A stretch of DNA of 64,000 bases from assembly GCA_045837725.1 (NCBI GenBank), contig JBEWZL010000246.1, forward strand, positions 62,001 to 126,000. The letters run 5' to 3'. A program made the translations under genes and the position numbers. The notes beneath the pieces are model-generated. The model ran no database searches. It had not been told where the DNA came from and worked only from the letters and a program-made list of their open reading frames with translations. Below are positions 1 through 14,212 of the stretch, one piece after another. Origin of the DNA: Vermamoeba vermiformis. Its lineage: Eukaryota. The stretch's first letter is position 1. Each line of letters opens with the position of its first letter.

Positions 1-278
1 CTCGTACATCGAGCACTTTCGGCAGGGTTGTTGTTTTGCAAAGGTTCCTGAAAAAAAAATCAAAAAATTAATCAAAATTATTCTCGTCCACCAATCGTTC
101 GAGCAAATGCACAATAATATTCTCTGCCGTGGAGTGATAAATTTAAAATTAAAAATAATTACCTCCATTCAGAACAAACTTTTGACAAGAGTAAAACCCA
201 ATCCGCGAATCTCACGAACGAGAATACTTGTGTCTTGAGATCCGTGGGTAATAAATCGAATTTGAAGTAATCTCCCAT
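1..278 (-). CDS. F-box protein, 5' part (runs off window start)
   Basis: ATG at 278: MGDYFKFDLLPTDLKTQVFSFVRFADWVLLLSKVCSEWR matches the F-box pattern LP..L...VF...L..VC..WR; GT donor ~161, next exon at ~1-49. Confidence 0.7.
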
Positions 279-798
279 AGTCACTTGAGTGCTGTGGTGA
301 TAGAAGGTTGTTTCAAAAAGATTTTGATGTTCGTTCTGATCGGACGACAACAACAACAGCTACAATCTAATTAATGTTATTATACCTGATGATCTTTGCT
401 TCATATCATGTTACGTACTGGTGTCATAGTAGATTTGAAGCTTGCAAGGTTTACCGGTAATTCAAAATTAAATTAAATTAAATATAATCAATACTAACAG
501 CAAAATGTAATACATACATATTTATTTGTGCGAATGTAAGTTGTTTGTTCGATCTTTAATTATTATTATTGAAATATTTTCGAACAACCAACCCCTGCTC
601 TCACGCACAACTTAAATGGTCTTAATTAAGCTTTATTTTTGGTAGGCGAATACGGTTCCGCTGACAGAACGGGTCCCGAATAGGTGCGGAGCCGGTGATT
701 CACAACCGGCGATTTGCTTCGGAACCGTCCTATGGCTATAAAATACTCACAAAGTACATTCATTTTCAATTCGAAAGAAAATTAGGAAGACAAAAGAA

Positions 799-2390
799 AT
801 GCAAGCTTCAGAACTTCGCTTTGGAATCATTGGAGGTGGTCCCGGTGGCCTATTAACTGCTATCGCTCTTAAACGCAAAGGATTCAAGAATATATTTGTA
901 TTCGAGCGAGATGAACGTAAGTAATCATTATTAATTTAAAGTAGTGGTCTAATAAATTCTCGATCAGATGCAGATTCGCGAACGCAAGGTTACTCTTTTT
1001 CACTATTTAGGCCAGGAGGTCTTACACTCATCGAAGAGCTTGGATTAAGCGAAGAAATGGCAAAGTTCTCGTTTCAAACGAATGGAATGCGTTTTGCGGA
1101 TGCCTTCACTGGATCCGTGCGCCTGGAATTCCGAGAGACCTCAGAGATGGTACGTATTGAATTTAATGCATAACCCCGTAAGCTAACATGTATTTTAGCC
1201 CGGCAGTCGCTCTCCTCCTAAACGAGTCCTGCGTGCACCGTTCAGAAAGATGCTTGTTAATGTTTGCGAACGAGAGGGCATTTCAATCGCATGGAACAAA
1301 CGTGTGCTGAAATACGAAGAAAAGCAAGACTCAGTTGAAGTGATATTTGAGAACGGTGAAAGACGAGAATTTGACATTGTAATCGGAGGTAAGATTCTGA
1401 ATTCAGCAGATCTGATTTCTGGCTCATTCATATCGTAACGCTTATTATATTATAATTTACGTTGAAGGAAGGCTTTTTACTTATTTGTCATTTCTAGCTG
1501 ACGGAATACAATCACCGCTCCGAGCGCAACTTGTCGGTGATGAGTTGAACTACACAGGCTACACGTGCTTCACAGGAGTCACGAGAAGAAGTGAGGCACC
1601 AGAGGCGTTTGATCACCAATACTTTAACCGAAATGGTGTAATTGCCATGTCACCCGAACGTACCGCGTTCATGTTCCATCACAACGAAGACGAGCTGCTG
1701 TGGATTTTCACGGTCAAAGTACCAATGCATTATTTTGAAGACAGATGTGGCTTGGATCGCCAAAAATGGAAAGAAGAGATTGTTGCGCGCACAGGTGATA
1801 TCGCCCCGTTGTTCAAAACGTACAGATCAAGATCTTCAATACTAACCCTCGTGACTAATCGAAATTTATTATAGAATACTTCAAGGTGGCGAGCCTACAG
1901 GAATTATTCCATTTAGAGATCGAAAGCCGTTGACTATCAACAAGAAAACAGGTGCGCGTTCAACTCCAAATCAGGAAGAATTACCTTATTAGGAGATGCC
2001 GCTCATCCTATGGTACCATTCAAAGGTTCTGGCGGCAACAACGCGATGCTCGATGCACGTGAACTGGTGAATGATCTCGCGACTTTGCTCGACAAATCAT
2101 CGCTAGTTACACGTGATGATATTGCAACTGTTCTGCGCAAATTCGAGTCAGAAATGATTGCGCGCACCACACCTGAAGTCCTAAGCTCCAAATCAACCAT
2201 GAACATGATGCACTCGTCAAATCGAGTCATGATCAAGTTACGCAATGCTGGCATGGTGCTTGGCAATTTCGTTATCAACACGTACCCGAAATACAAATCT
2301 TTGCGGTTTATTGTGAATGGAATAAGGCTCTCAATTGCTACTGCTGTATTATACGTAGCATATAACAAGCTAAGGCCGTACATAAAATAA
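799..2390 (+). CDS. FAD-dependent monooxygenase (group A flavoprotein hydroxylase), multi-exon
   Basis: GxGxxG (IIGGGPGGL...VFERD), DG motif (IGADGIQS across an intron), GD motif (LLGDAAHPMVPFKGSGGNNAMLDA); TATAAAA at 737-743. Confidence 0.9.
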
Positions 2391-2851
2391 ATGCACGCTC
2401 CAAATTTTCAAAAAATAACAATTTTGCCTTGTTAACAACAACGGCTGTTGCTAGCCGTCTGTGATGATACAAAACAAAGGAAAGCATGGTTTCAAATTTC
2501 AGGAACTGTTGCCGGAATGACAGATGAACGATGGATGAGACTAAAATTACAATTGAAAAATTATGCGCTATTTATCGCCTAACGGTAATATATAGTTTAA
2601 TTAGTAACTTTGCGAATAATAACAATAACGATGTTGCTTGATTCATAAATTATTAATTTTTGGATTTGATCGAGTTTTAAACACGCACCGCGCCACCTGT
2701 GCCTTTTTTTGTAATTTGTAAAAAATTGGATATTTTCCTAACATTCTATCCGACAACAGGGACATTTATTTGGTTGCTTTAGTTCTGACATTTTTAGCAG
2801 GCTGCGCAGATCACACTTTAGTTTTCGATTTTGCACAACAGGTCTATAAAA

Positions 2852-5337
2852 ATGACGAGCAACAACAGTTTATTCTTATTACTTGACAATGTCAATTACA
2901 AGTATTTTGTACAGCGAAGAAAACTTTGACTCGCTTCCCAATGAAGGGCTGATCAAATCCCTCACGAGAACAGTCAAGGTAATATTGCCGCTGGTCAAAC
3001 CTGTTTATGGTCAACTAATAGCATGTAAGTATCACAATAACACCAAGGCATATCAATTCTGCAGCGGATCACAGATCGGATAATAATTTTCTTTTTTTAC
3101 AGCACTCGTACTACGATTTTTGCTTATTTTTCCCGCGTTATTTCAACCATACGTTATTAAGAGACTGATCGATAATGTGTTCATTCAAAGAGATCCGGAG
3201 GAATTATTTTGGTAATATTAATTTTTAACTGTGCTCAATAGATCATAATGAAATAATATTATATTATAGGTGTTTTATATACTTATCTGTATTACCGATT
3301 TTGCAACAGTTGCTCTATCAACTGCGTACCGTCAGCGATGCTCAAGTTGAAAAATTGATTGACGTTAACTTGGCGTTACAAGTCTACGAGCACGTTCAAG
3401 TAAGATATGATACTTAATATATTAATATATATTTAACTTTGACGACTAAATATTGTATTTAAAAGCGTCTTCAAGTGAGATTTTTTGTTGAAACCTCATC
3501 TGGCGAGCTATTGTCGCGTATCACGACCGATGTTTACGCTATTTATAGGCAAATTAATTAACATCGGCATTGTTATATCGTGCGCGCGTATTAATTTTTT
3601 TATAGGGCAAGCATGGAAATTTTGGCAATGATGTCAAACTTGATCCGCTTTGCCGTGGCTTTCGCAACCTTGTTGAGCTTAGAATGGCGATTAGCGTTGA
3701 TCTCATTCGCGTCTTTTCCGTTGTGGTATTATATTATATTGAAGCTGGCGATGTGGTCGAGAAACAAAACCAAAGATGCGTTTTGTTCCATGGATCAGGT
3801 AAACATTTTTTAGCTTAAAGTATTACTTTTTTCCTAATATGCGATTATTTAGGTCCATGAGCGAATTACAGAAAGTCTTGCTATTGAATCGATCATGTTA
3901 ACGAAAGTGTTTGGCCGTGAGAAACACGTGGCACGTAAGTTCGTGAGGTAAATTTGAAGAATACTTTATTAAACAGTTTTTAGAGAAACTTAAAGTTGAT
4001 ATGGAGAAAGAAAAGACTTTGGACGCAAAGGGCACTTACATAATGAATTTCGTTGAATTCGTGATCAATTACTCGGTCGAGTGTAAGTCCATAGATCTAA
4101 TGACTTTTTTATTATTTCTAACATATATTTCCGTGAAGTCAACAAGGCACTTATATATTATATTGGCGGTCAATTCTTATTTTCGGACTACTTGTCACTC
4201 GGAACATTGATTTTGTTCACGCAGTACTTGGACGAAGTTTATACGCCTATGACCGAGCTTTTAAACACTCGCGTCACTTTCGTGAAGGTAAGGCCGGCGA
4301 GTATAATATAAGTATAGTATTGCTAATGAATTTATAGAACACTGTTCAAGTGGAGAGAGTGCTCGAGTTGATGAACTTGCCGATCGAAATCAAGGACCCC
4401 GAGGAACCTGTCACTTTGACACGTGAGGATGGCTCATCAAGTATTAAAGGAGACGTCGAGCTTGATTCAGTATCGTTGGATTACTCCATTTTACCTCCAT
4501 TGAAGATCGAGGCTACGGATCGGATGTCGCAACCAACAATTTTGATCAAAGACCAGAGCGTCTCAAATAAGAAGCGAGATTGGGCCTTGAACAATCTTTC
4601 AATCAGATTCAAAGCAGGCACGATGAACGCTATTGTTGGCAAATCAGGTGCCGGCAAGTCAACAATGCTCAAGTTGATCCATCGACTCTACGATCCAACG
4701 CAAGGTCTCGTGAAACTCGATGGTATTGACATTAGAAAGTTCAAACTTGACGAATTAATCAGCTACATGGGCGTTGTGTCTCAAGAATCGTATTTGTTCA
4801 ACGACACAGTGAAGAACAACTTGCTCTTTGCAAAACCGGATGCAACCGACGAAGAAATTGAACGAGCTTGCAGAGCCGCTAATATTTGGGACTTAATTCA
4901 GTCGCTTGAAAATAAGCTCGAAGAAACTATTGGCGAAAGTGGATACAAACTTTCAGGTGGCGAAAGACAACGTAAGAAAACTGCCGAGAAATTTCATTTG
5001 AAGACGTTTTATTGCTTAAAATTGACACTCCTTACCTTATTTAGGTTTGTCTATTGCCCGAACAATCTTAAAGAACCCTAAGATTATTTTGTTGGATGAA
5101 GCCACAAGCCATCTTGACAGCGAGAACGAGAACTTGATTAAACAAGCCCTCGACTCGTTATTTGTAAATAGAACATCTATTGTCATCGCACATAGACTAT
5201 CCACTATTATTGATGCTGAGCAGATCATTGTGATGGATGAGGGAAAAGTTGTCGAATGTGGATCTCATCAAGAACTGCTAGCACTTAACGGGCATTATAA
5301 GAACTTGTATGATGCCCAATTTTCCAAAACTATATAA
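2852..5337 (+). CDS. ABC transporter B-family half transporter (TMD-NBD), multi-exon; start codon uncertain
   Basis: Walker A GKSGAGKST, Q-loop VVSQE, signature LSGGERQR, Walker B LLDEATSHLD, H-loop IAHRLST; hydrophobic N-terminal exons. Confidence 0.92.
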
Positions 5338-5465
5338 ATACTAAGCGTTTAGTACCCCTGTGAATCGACGGGCCCAACAAAGAAATAAAAAATTGAATTT
5401 TTGGTTTTTTCTCGTTATTGCTTCAAAGTTGCAAAGAGCACTATTAAGGGACTATCTTATTTAAT

Positions 5466-8400
5466 ATGCTGAGCGCGCAAATAATTGGCACGTCAGCTGA
5501 GGCTAACGTAGCGCCAAGTGTCCTGATCGCTTCTGACAAGTTTCGTCTTTTATTTAATGCAGGTAAATTTTTCAGCACGCATACGATTTATAAGTAATAT
5601 AAAGGGACTCGAGGCAAGCTCAACTAATTTTTTTGAGAATTTTAGCTGAATATTTTTGAAACATAATAATTTAATTTTAACAGGCGAAGGAACCGATAGA
5701 TTAGCCAAAGAATATGGTCACGATCATGGTACATATAATTTATAAATATATTAGAATCATTTTTGCTCACCTCTTACAATTTAGGCATCCGACTTGCCAA
5801 GTTGACACATTTTTTCATGTCTGAATTAAATTGGAATTGCTGGGGCGGGTTGCCAGGTACATTTAATAGTATATAACAATACCGTCATTAATTACTGAAC
5901 AGATATTGTATTTTACCTGGCCGATCTGGATGCACCCAATCCTGAATTGCATATTTACGGTCCTGAAAACACTATCGATTATACATTAGCAGCTAGATAT
6001 TATCTATGGCAGTAAGTACTCAGAAATATAATTACAATGCATAAAACTAATTTGTCGCAGACCACACTTTGCATTAAAAATTCGGGAGATCACGCACGAT
6101 TTGGAAGCCGTGGAAATTTCAGGATCGAACGAAACAATGCGAGTAGTGCCTATTATAATCAGCAAGGCCAGTCTAAATGAAAAGAAGGATGAAAGCGAGA
6201 AGTATATGATTAACACATCGTTTTTGAATTGCATGGACATGTACCGCGACTCACTTTCGATTGATCGAGAACAAGTCACATTAGACCAAATCGATCAATT
6301 TGTGAAAAAAGCAGAATCAGCGTTAGATCTATTGAACAATATGGACCATTCTAGCGATATTTTTGATAAGCCAATTGACTTTGTGAACAACGCTCAGGCC
6401 ATTGAAAAGGCGATAATGAAAGAAGGCTCTAATATCATCAAGTCACTAGACATCTTTCAAAACTTCGATAGACCGGCGTTTATAAGGAAACCAATCACTC
6501 CTCAAGGCCATTGTATTTGTTACGCCATTGAAACGCCAACGGTGATGCCGAAGTTCGATCCAACCAAAGCCAAGGCTTTGAAAATTCCACCAAAGTTCTA
6601 CAGTATGATCATTTATACGGCTAGTTATTACTATCCAATGCTAACTTCTGTCGCGTAGGTCATTTGGTCGCTGGAAACAACGTGACACTTGACGACGGCA
6701 CGGTCATTCAGCCCAAACAAGTGTTGCTTGGCGAACCTAAACCAGGCCCCGTAAGCTGTGCTCAATATGATAAGTATTATAGTGCTTACAAAATATATGT
6801 TAGGTGTTGATTCTATCGTACTGCCCTTCGTTAGAGTATTTGGACAGTTTACTCAACAACGAAACGTGGGACGCGTACATTAACGGCAGTAAAGGCGAAG
6901 TGCTTTGCGTGTTCCATACAGTGCCTATGGAGGTACTAAACGACGAACGATACGCTAATTGGATGGCTAGATTTGGCAAGGATGTCGATGTAAGTGACAT
7001 GTTGACACGTGTCAAAAACTGGATCTCATTCATCTTGTTTAATTTAACAGCATATCGTCATAAATAATGAAGTATGCGAGATGAGAGACGTTCACAAAGC
7101 ATCAAAACAATTGCTTGAAATTCTCAACAAGATCGACGGTGAAGTTTTTTCATTGCCATATGAAGGCACTAGAAAAGGTACGCAAAGAAAACAATTTCGA
7201 ACTGTAATTTAACTAATATTTATATATTATACCAGCTGGTATTCCCGAATCTTTAACGTTAAAAGGCTTGAAAGTTCGAGCGGCGGAATTTTTGATGAAG
7301 TATCAAGTCACGCCTATTGCCAAAAAAGGCATTGACCTGTCGGAATACGAAAGCTTTTGGAGTGAAAAAATGAAGTACACGACTCGTAGACAAGTAGCGC
7401 TTAGTGACTTGGGGTTCCTTAAATCGGAAAAATTCCAGTCGCTCTTGCACACGTACCACACGCACTTCGATGAAAAAATGCCAAAAGAATTGCAAAACTT
7501 GACTCGTGAAACTATGGAAATTGAGTTCTTGGGCACTGGCGCTGCTGACGCTTCGCACGTTAGAAACGGTAATGTTTCATGAATATGCATAATTGCAAAG
7601 ATATGCGCTAATGAAACTTTCCTTATTTAGTTACTGGAATCTACGTCCACCTGTTCGAGAAGGGCGGAATAATTCTTGATTGCGGCTCAGGAACGTATAC
7701 TCAAGTAAGTAACGGAAATCGGTCTTAGATCTGTATTAATTTTCAAACGCAACAGTTGTTCCGCCGGTTCGGACCAAAAGTTGATGAAATCTTGATGAAT
7801 ATTAAATGCATTTGGATCTCGCACAAACACGGAGATCATACGATGGGAATTGTGCCTGTTTTGGCAAGACGGAAAAAATTGCTTGAAGAAGCCGGTCGTG
7901 AAGACAAGCTCGTATTCATTGCACCTATTTTCATCGAAGGATACGTCAACGAAGTTTCACTGAATTCAGGACTCAATCTTACCTACAAATATTATCATAA
8001 CAACGTCATAGAACAGCCTGGCCACGAATTAACGTAAGTAATTTTTTCACGCGAAATTTCCCGAGCCAGAAAAATATCTTCGTACTTTGCGTGAAAAATA
8101 TCTAAAACGCGATACTTATTTAGGCAATTCTTCCAAGATGAGTTAGACATGAACGTCGTACTTGGCACTAAAGCGTTTCATTCGATGGATGCGTGGGGTG
8201 TATACTTACTGCACAAATCAGGTGTTGGCGTGTTGTTCACTGGCGACAGCAAACCTTGTCACAAATTCCCAGAATTGACGCAACTCGTGCTTGAAACTGC
8301 AAAGCAGAATAATTATCCGACACCCGAGAGCGGATGCACTCTGTTGATTCACGAAGTAAGGGTCCTTCGTTCATGAAACAATCGTTCAGTGAAAACTAAC

Positions 8401-9041
8401 CCTTATTTAGAGTACGATGTGCGATCATGACAGCGATCAAGCGCGAAAAAAACGGCACAGCACGACCACTCAAGCTTTAAGGTACAAAAAATCACATAGT
8501 AATTACTATTATCGTCCGTATTAATATGATAAAATTAATTTTTTGTAGGGTTGCAAAGGCTATTGATTGCTACCGCATGATTTTGACACATTTTTCACAA
8601 CGACAATCGGACATTCCAGTATTCGATTTTTGCAAAGATGAATTGAAGCCAGAATTGGAAAAGAAAAAACAAGAGAAAAATAACGGCAAAGACAATAATA
8701 ATAACAAAGACAAAAAGAATTCGCATCAAGAGCACGGCCAACAAAAAGAAAAAATATTCGATGACGACGAAGAAGGCAGTGATGAGGACAATAATAGTAA
8801 CAACAATAATAATAATATGATACCTACGGATATCGAAAGATACAGAACACGAGGAGATCCAACGAGTCAAGTTGATGAGCGATGGAAGACAGGTGAAACG
8901 TTGGATCTGACAAAAGTAATGGTCGCATTTGATCTCATGCGAGTTAATTTGGTCGATTTGCCTCGATTGCCGCACATCTTGCCCATGTTGAACTATTTGT
9001 ACATTTACTTCAAATTGTACGAGATTGAACGGTTGAAGTAA
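5466..9041 (+). CDS. tRNase Z long form (ELAC2/Trz1-like), many exons
   Basis: N-half LFNAGEGT.R and CWGGLPG pseudo-motif; flexible arm KFDPTKAKALKIP; C-half FLGTG, LDCGSGT, ISHKHGDH, FTGDSKP, LIHE, HST, LTHFSQR, AFDLM. Confidence 0.9.
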
Positions 9042-9190
9042 TAAACTACAAAATTTCCTTTTATGGTAATTTCAAATTCTTTCCAGTTTTGGCACCTCAC
9101 TTTCTACGACTAACTGTTTATTATCTTTATAAGCCGTGTCTTCAATGAGGCAATCAAAATTTTGCCTAAATTTGCAGATCGAAGTCAGAT

Positions 9191-10499
9191 CTAAAACTGC
9201 AAAAAAATCATTGATACGACTAGCAACACTAGTATCTCAATGCTGAAGTTCATAACTTGCGCATTTGAAGTCTTTGGTTTAGGACCAGACACTGGCGCTG
9301 ACATTGAAGGCGTGTTGCTACTGCTTGGGGCACTAGCTGGCTCGACAGGACTCGGACCGCTGATCGGAGTACGAGACTGGCCAAAAATTTCTGGAACGAC
9401 GGCCCACTTGAGACTAGCAACTATTGCGATATAAGACTATTAGCGGAGCTCACAACATAATGCTGGATCCAACGATTGAACTTACTGCTGACATTGGAAA
9501 CTTGATTTATCTGCAAAATGATCTGCGCAAGTGAATTGACTTGATTCAAATAAAAGTCGGTTATCGCATCCGCCGCCGTTGGTTCGGTAAGATTTCCTTT
9601 TATGGTAAAGAAAGTTTTAGTACAAACTGATATAAAGGGCCATTAAGGCATTTAATATATATATATTACCATCGATAACCTGGATATCTAACGTATTTTT
9701 CATCCATTTGTCCGCATCCGGTCCCTCAGATGTGGATGCTAAAACCAAGATCTGTTCTGGCGAAATTCCAACCAAGTTCGCGATCGTTCCAGTGATATTT
9801 TCAGGAATAGGAAAAGGCCAAGCAACTTGATAAAAGAATACCAAGCTCATATTAAACACTGAAAATTGAATTTTCGGTTTAGCTGGATGTGGTTTTTGGT
9901 TTTTCGACTTACCAGTAGGACAAGCTACTTCAGGAGTAATAGTAAATGATACGTCGTAATTTCCTAGCGTCCAAGTAAAATTGCTGGTCTCATACCCCGA
10001 CAAAGAGAGTTTAACTGAAAAAGGAAATCCAGGAGCGGATCCTAGTACTGGGAAGTCTGTATACGGCGTAGTATTCTAAAGATATTATTTAGTATTAATT
10101 ACAATGATTTACAACGGAATCAGATTTGCTGGTTCCGACGCTTACCAACGGAGTCAATCTGTTTTGATCTGACAAAGGAATGTTTGCGTCACGACTGTCG
10201 TAATTAATGTATGAAAAATAGGCTCTATTTCTTGAGTCAACGCATTCTACAACCGGTCTAATGCCGGTCGGATTCTGCGCAGTTGATCTTCGAAGATTTT
10301 CTTGAAGGCCCTGAACATAAATCTATTAGTGGCGCAGGACAAAAAGACAGTAAATTCAGCATACAAAATTAAAGGCAAAAGAAATGAATAGAAATATTTC
10401 GGTAAAAGATTGAAAAGGCCGTTAAACACTTACGGATCCGATGGCAAACGCCTGTGCCACTATAGCGATGGATACTAAGCTAAATAATACGCTTCGCAT
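9191..10499 (-). CDS. Predicted GPI-anchored surface protein, paralog A
   Basis: Signal peptide MRSVLFSLVSIAIVAQAFA; shared domain (AYFSY..NRLTP..GFPFS..FTWTLGNY..ITPEVACP); Pro/Ser stalk; hydrophobic tail ending FLQF*. Confidence 0.75.
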
Positions 10500-10726
10500 A
10501 TCTCTATTGTGGTCCTTCTTTTTGATGACATTAAACGAAGATTCGCTCGGCAAAATGACAGCCGTTGATTTGAGCTATTTTTAACCTTTTGAAGAAGACT
10601 AAAATTAGATCATTTTAAGGCCGTATATTCATTGTGACTATAATAAACATAATTAACGTTCTTTCAACTTATGTAACCGAGTTTACGTAACCTTTTTCGA
10701 ATATTTTGAAAAATGGAAAAGTTTAA

Positions 10727-12193
10727 TTAGAATAATTCTCGGAAGCAAATTGCTATTAAAGATGCCGCGAAGATGACAAAGGTATTGAGACTGTATACAG
10801 AAGCGGACGATAAAGTCGTCTTCGGTTTTGGACTCGATCCAGGCGCCGGAGCACTGATTGGCCCGTTATCTGCCACTGGCTCAGCGCTAGGAACACTTGG
10901 CTTCACTTGACCTTGCACTGAGGGCGTTGGATCACTTTTAGGCGTGAACTCTGCATTCATGAAAAGACGGTCAGATTTGAAATTGAACTCAGGTAAATTA
11001 ATTCAGCACGAAATCTAATTTGTTTGTTCTGGCCGAATTTTAAAATTAAATAGCTAAAATGACGCAATAACATTATTCTCCTCGCGTGAACAGCGTACCT
11101 GTTAAATTTGAGTATTTAGGACTGAATTGAGATTGGAGCTGTTGGTTAAATTCTTCGGTCTTTTGATTAGTAACGAACTGATTGACAACTTCGGCTGCGG
11201 TCGGATCGGTGGCATTCGAATTCGTCGAATTTCCTATTTAGGAAAATTTAATAAAGTTGATAAAATTTCAAAAATGAATTTACAGTTTAAAAGTGGAAAA
11301 ATAAATATATTACCGTCAGTCAATTGAATTTCAAGGGTCAAGTCGGCCGTAGAAAGCTGCATTGTTGCACGTTTAGCTGTTGGTCCAGTGTCCGTCCAGC
11401 CGATCACAGTAAGCCTCGAAACAGAAATTCCGGCAACTTGAGCAAAAGTATTGAGAATGGTTACCTGCGCAAGAAATCCAGTGGCACCTTCAATTTCATA
11501 TTTGAAATTCATGGTAATATTGAACGCTGTCGGAAAATATGTTAGATCTCATTTTTTGTTGTTTTTTCTTACTCGTAGGGCAAGCCAATTCCGGCGTAAT
11601 ATTAAATGTTAAGAAATAATTTAATAGGTTCCAATTAAATGTGCTATTTTCATAGCCAGCCAACGACACTTCAGCCGAGTATGGGAACGCTGGTCCCGAT
11701 CCGTTCACAAAATTTGTGACTGGGGCTATACCCTATTAGTGTCACGTTAGTATACTTATGAGGTACCTTCCATTGTAATTATTTTCCTTAGTATAATGCC
11801 TTTTAACGTACAAGTGGTGTTAATCTGTTGAAATCGGATGTAGCAAGATTGACAACATCACCGACATTGTTTTGATACGAGAAATAAGCCTTGTTATGCT
11901 TATCGATGCACTGTAATATGGGTATGATGTCGGTTGAGCCTGTTTGAGCGGCGGATCGACGAAGATTCTGTATTGATTAAAAATTGTTGTTAAAAACTTG
12001 AATAATTAATAAATTAAACAACTAAAATGATCGAATGAAATTCATTCTATATAATTATTATTAATTGGTCAAATATCGCAACAGCCTGATACAAAAAGAT
12101 TTGCGCGTATTCGCTTATCCTTACAGTTCGATCTGCTACGGCTAAGGTAAGCGTCAAGCATACTAATACTAAAACTACATAAATCTTGATCAT
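10727..12193 (-). CDS. Predicted GPI-anchored surface protein, paralog B
   Basis: Signal MIKIYVVLVLVCLTLTLAVA; PILQCIDKHNKAYFSYQN..NRLTP; NGSGPAFP..FNWNL..ITPELACP; stalk and SSAS followed by a hydrophobic tail. Confidence 0.78.
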
Positions 12194-12548
12194 TTTCACG
12201 TATACTGTTGCTTGTTCTAGAAGCTGTTAAATAATCGAACGATTTTTTCTGCTCATTTAGACCTGTCACTTTTTTTCCGACGTGTTGTCAGTAGAAAAAT
12301 CGTGTAGGATTATGCGAAGATCACCGATCGATTCGAATATCCAAACAACGTTGATGGTACGGCCCACCGTTTTCGAGCTACTGCGAAGTGTCTTAATACT
12401 CTTCCAACTCCGTTTTTGGTCCGCCTCTATAATAGAAGAATCTCTTTAATCAAGGGGTTCCTTCATAATACGCAAAAAACATCGCCCGAAATAAAAAGAA
12501 ACGGAAACGATGCAAATAGGAAGTTTAACGTAGCGAGAGATTTATGTA

Positions 12549-13994
12549 TTACAAGACCGTTATAGAGCTCAGAAGCAAGAATGTAGCGCCAACAATAGAA
12601 TTGACGCTAAATATAGAAGCAGAGGAAAGCGTCGACTTCGGTTTGGGACTCGAAACTGGCGCCGAAGCAGGAACGATGCTGATTGGCTCCTCGACTGGAA
12701 CACTCGTTGGTGGTCGTACTTGACCATTTATAGAAGGTGTTGGATCGCTCTTGGGCGTCAATCCTGTTCGACGAATTAAATAATTGAAAATAGGCAAAGA
12801 AATTCATCGATGGAGAAATTCACAAATTAAATGATTAAAAACTATGTGGATACATTTAAAGCTATTTCATGTTCAAATGCGATCATTTTTCTCGTCGCTA
12901 ATGTTTTTCAGACTTACCGGTCAACTGCGAATTGCCCAGATTATACTGCTGTTGCAGCGTTTGGTTCAATTCTTGCTGTTGATTTTCTACTACTTTTTGG
13001 ACGACTTCAGCTGCTGTTGGCTCCGCAGGATTCGTTGAGTTTCCTTTTTAGGAAAAAAAACGTGTCAGATCTTGATATACATAATATTCCTTTTGTTTAA
13101 CTTTAAAGTTTTTCAAATCATATGTACCATCATCTAATTCCATTTCTAATATGACTGTACTACCCAAGCCGCTTCTTTTAGCTGGAACAAGATATTGGAC
13201 ATTTTGAACGTTAATTCTAGTCGGCGAGATCTGGGTCACATTCGCAAAGGCATTCACTATCGCAGTCTGCCAATCAAAATAACTAACCGTATCGTATATA
13301 ACCGTAATAGTGAGATTAAACTCTGCAAAATTAATTAATAATTAAACAATTATTGAAAAAAATGTTCCGTACTCTTGGGGCAGGCCAATTCCGGCGTGAT
13401 ATTGAACATTAGATAATAATATTCAAGATCCCAATTAAAAGTACTATTTTCGAAGGCTGCCAACGCGATTTGAGGAGAAAATGGGAAGGCTGGTCCAGAT
13501 CCGTTTACGAAAAAAGTGATCGGCGCAATATCCTGCAGTCGAAATATCAGTATCAAGATACAAGGACTATTGTAATTATAGTATCAGGCTTTATTTTGTA
13601 ATGGAGCTTACCAGCGGAGTTAATCTGTTCAGATCTGATAAGCCAAGCGTTACATTACCACCAGCGTTGTTTTGATACGAGAAATAAGCCTTATTGTTCT
13701 TATCGATGCATTGTAATATTGGTACAATGTCGTTTAAAGGCATTTGAGTCACTTGCGAAGCAGCACGACGAAGATTCTTTTGAATGGTTAAAAATTATCC
13801 GATTAGCAGTTAAAATCAAAAAAATTATACTAGTACCTATTACGTTGTATCAAATAATTATAATTTAAACGTAAAAGCGCAACGGTAAAAGAGCATCATC
13901 TGAAAATTTACATTGTTTTCTAACTTACCGCTGGATTAGCTTCGACGAAGGAAGCGACGAAGCAAACCACCGTTAAAAATAGAGGTACTTTCAT
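12549..13994 (-). CDS. Predicted GPI-anchored surface protein, paralog C
   Basis: Signal MKVPLFLTVVCFVASFVEA; exons closely parallel paralog B; tail PKPKSTLSSASIFSVNSIVGATFLLLSSITVL*. Confidence 0.78.
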
Positions 13995-14212
13995 TATTTC
14001 AAACTGTGGTGGCTTCCTCTCGCGATTTAATTGAAATATTTAACCAAAAATTATGAACTTGTCACATTTGACACGTGTCATTTTAGGCACTCCCGGTAAA
14101 TGCCTTGTAAATACTCGTATAGCGTTCTACTTATGAGTAAAGTAGGAAAGCTCCTTATCAATAATAAATTTGTTCGTCAAGAGTTTAACTAAAGTCAAAT
14201 TTTATTCAAGAA

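Noticed and set aside
8595-8975. Hydrophobic antisense ORF (similar ones at 20514-20786 and 46541-47058)
   Set aside because: Mirror of low-complexity codons on the coding strand.
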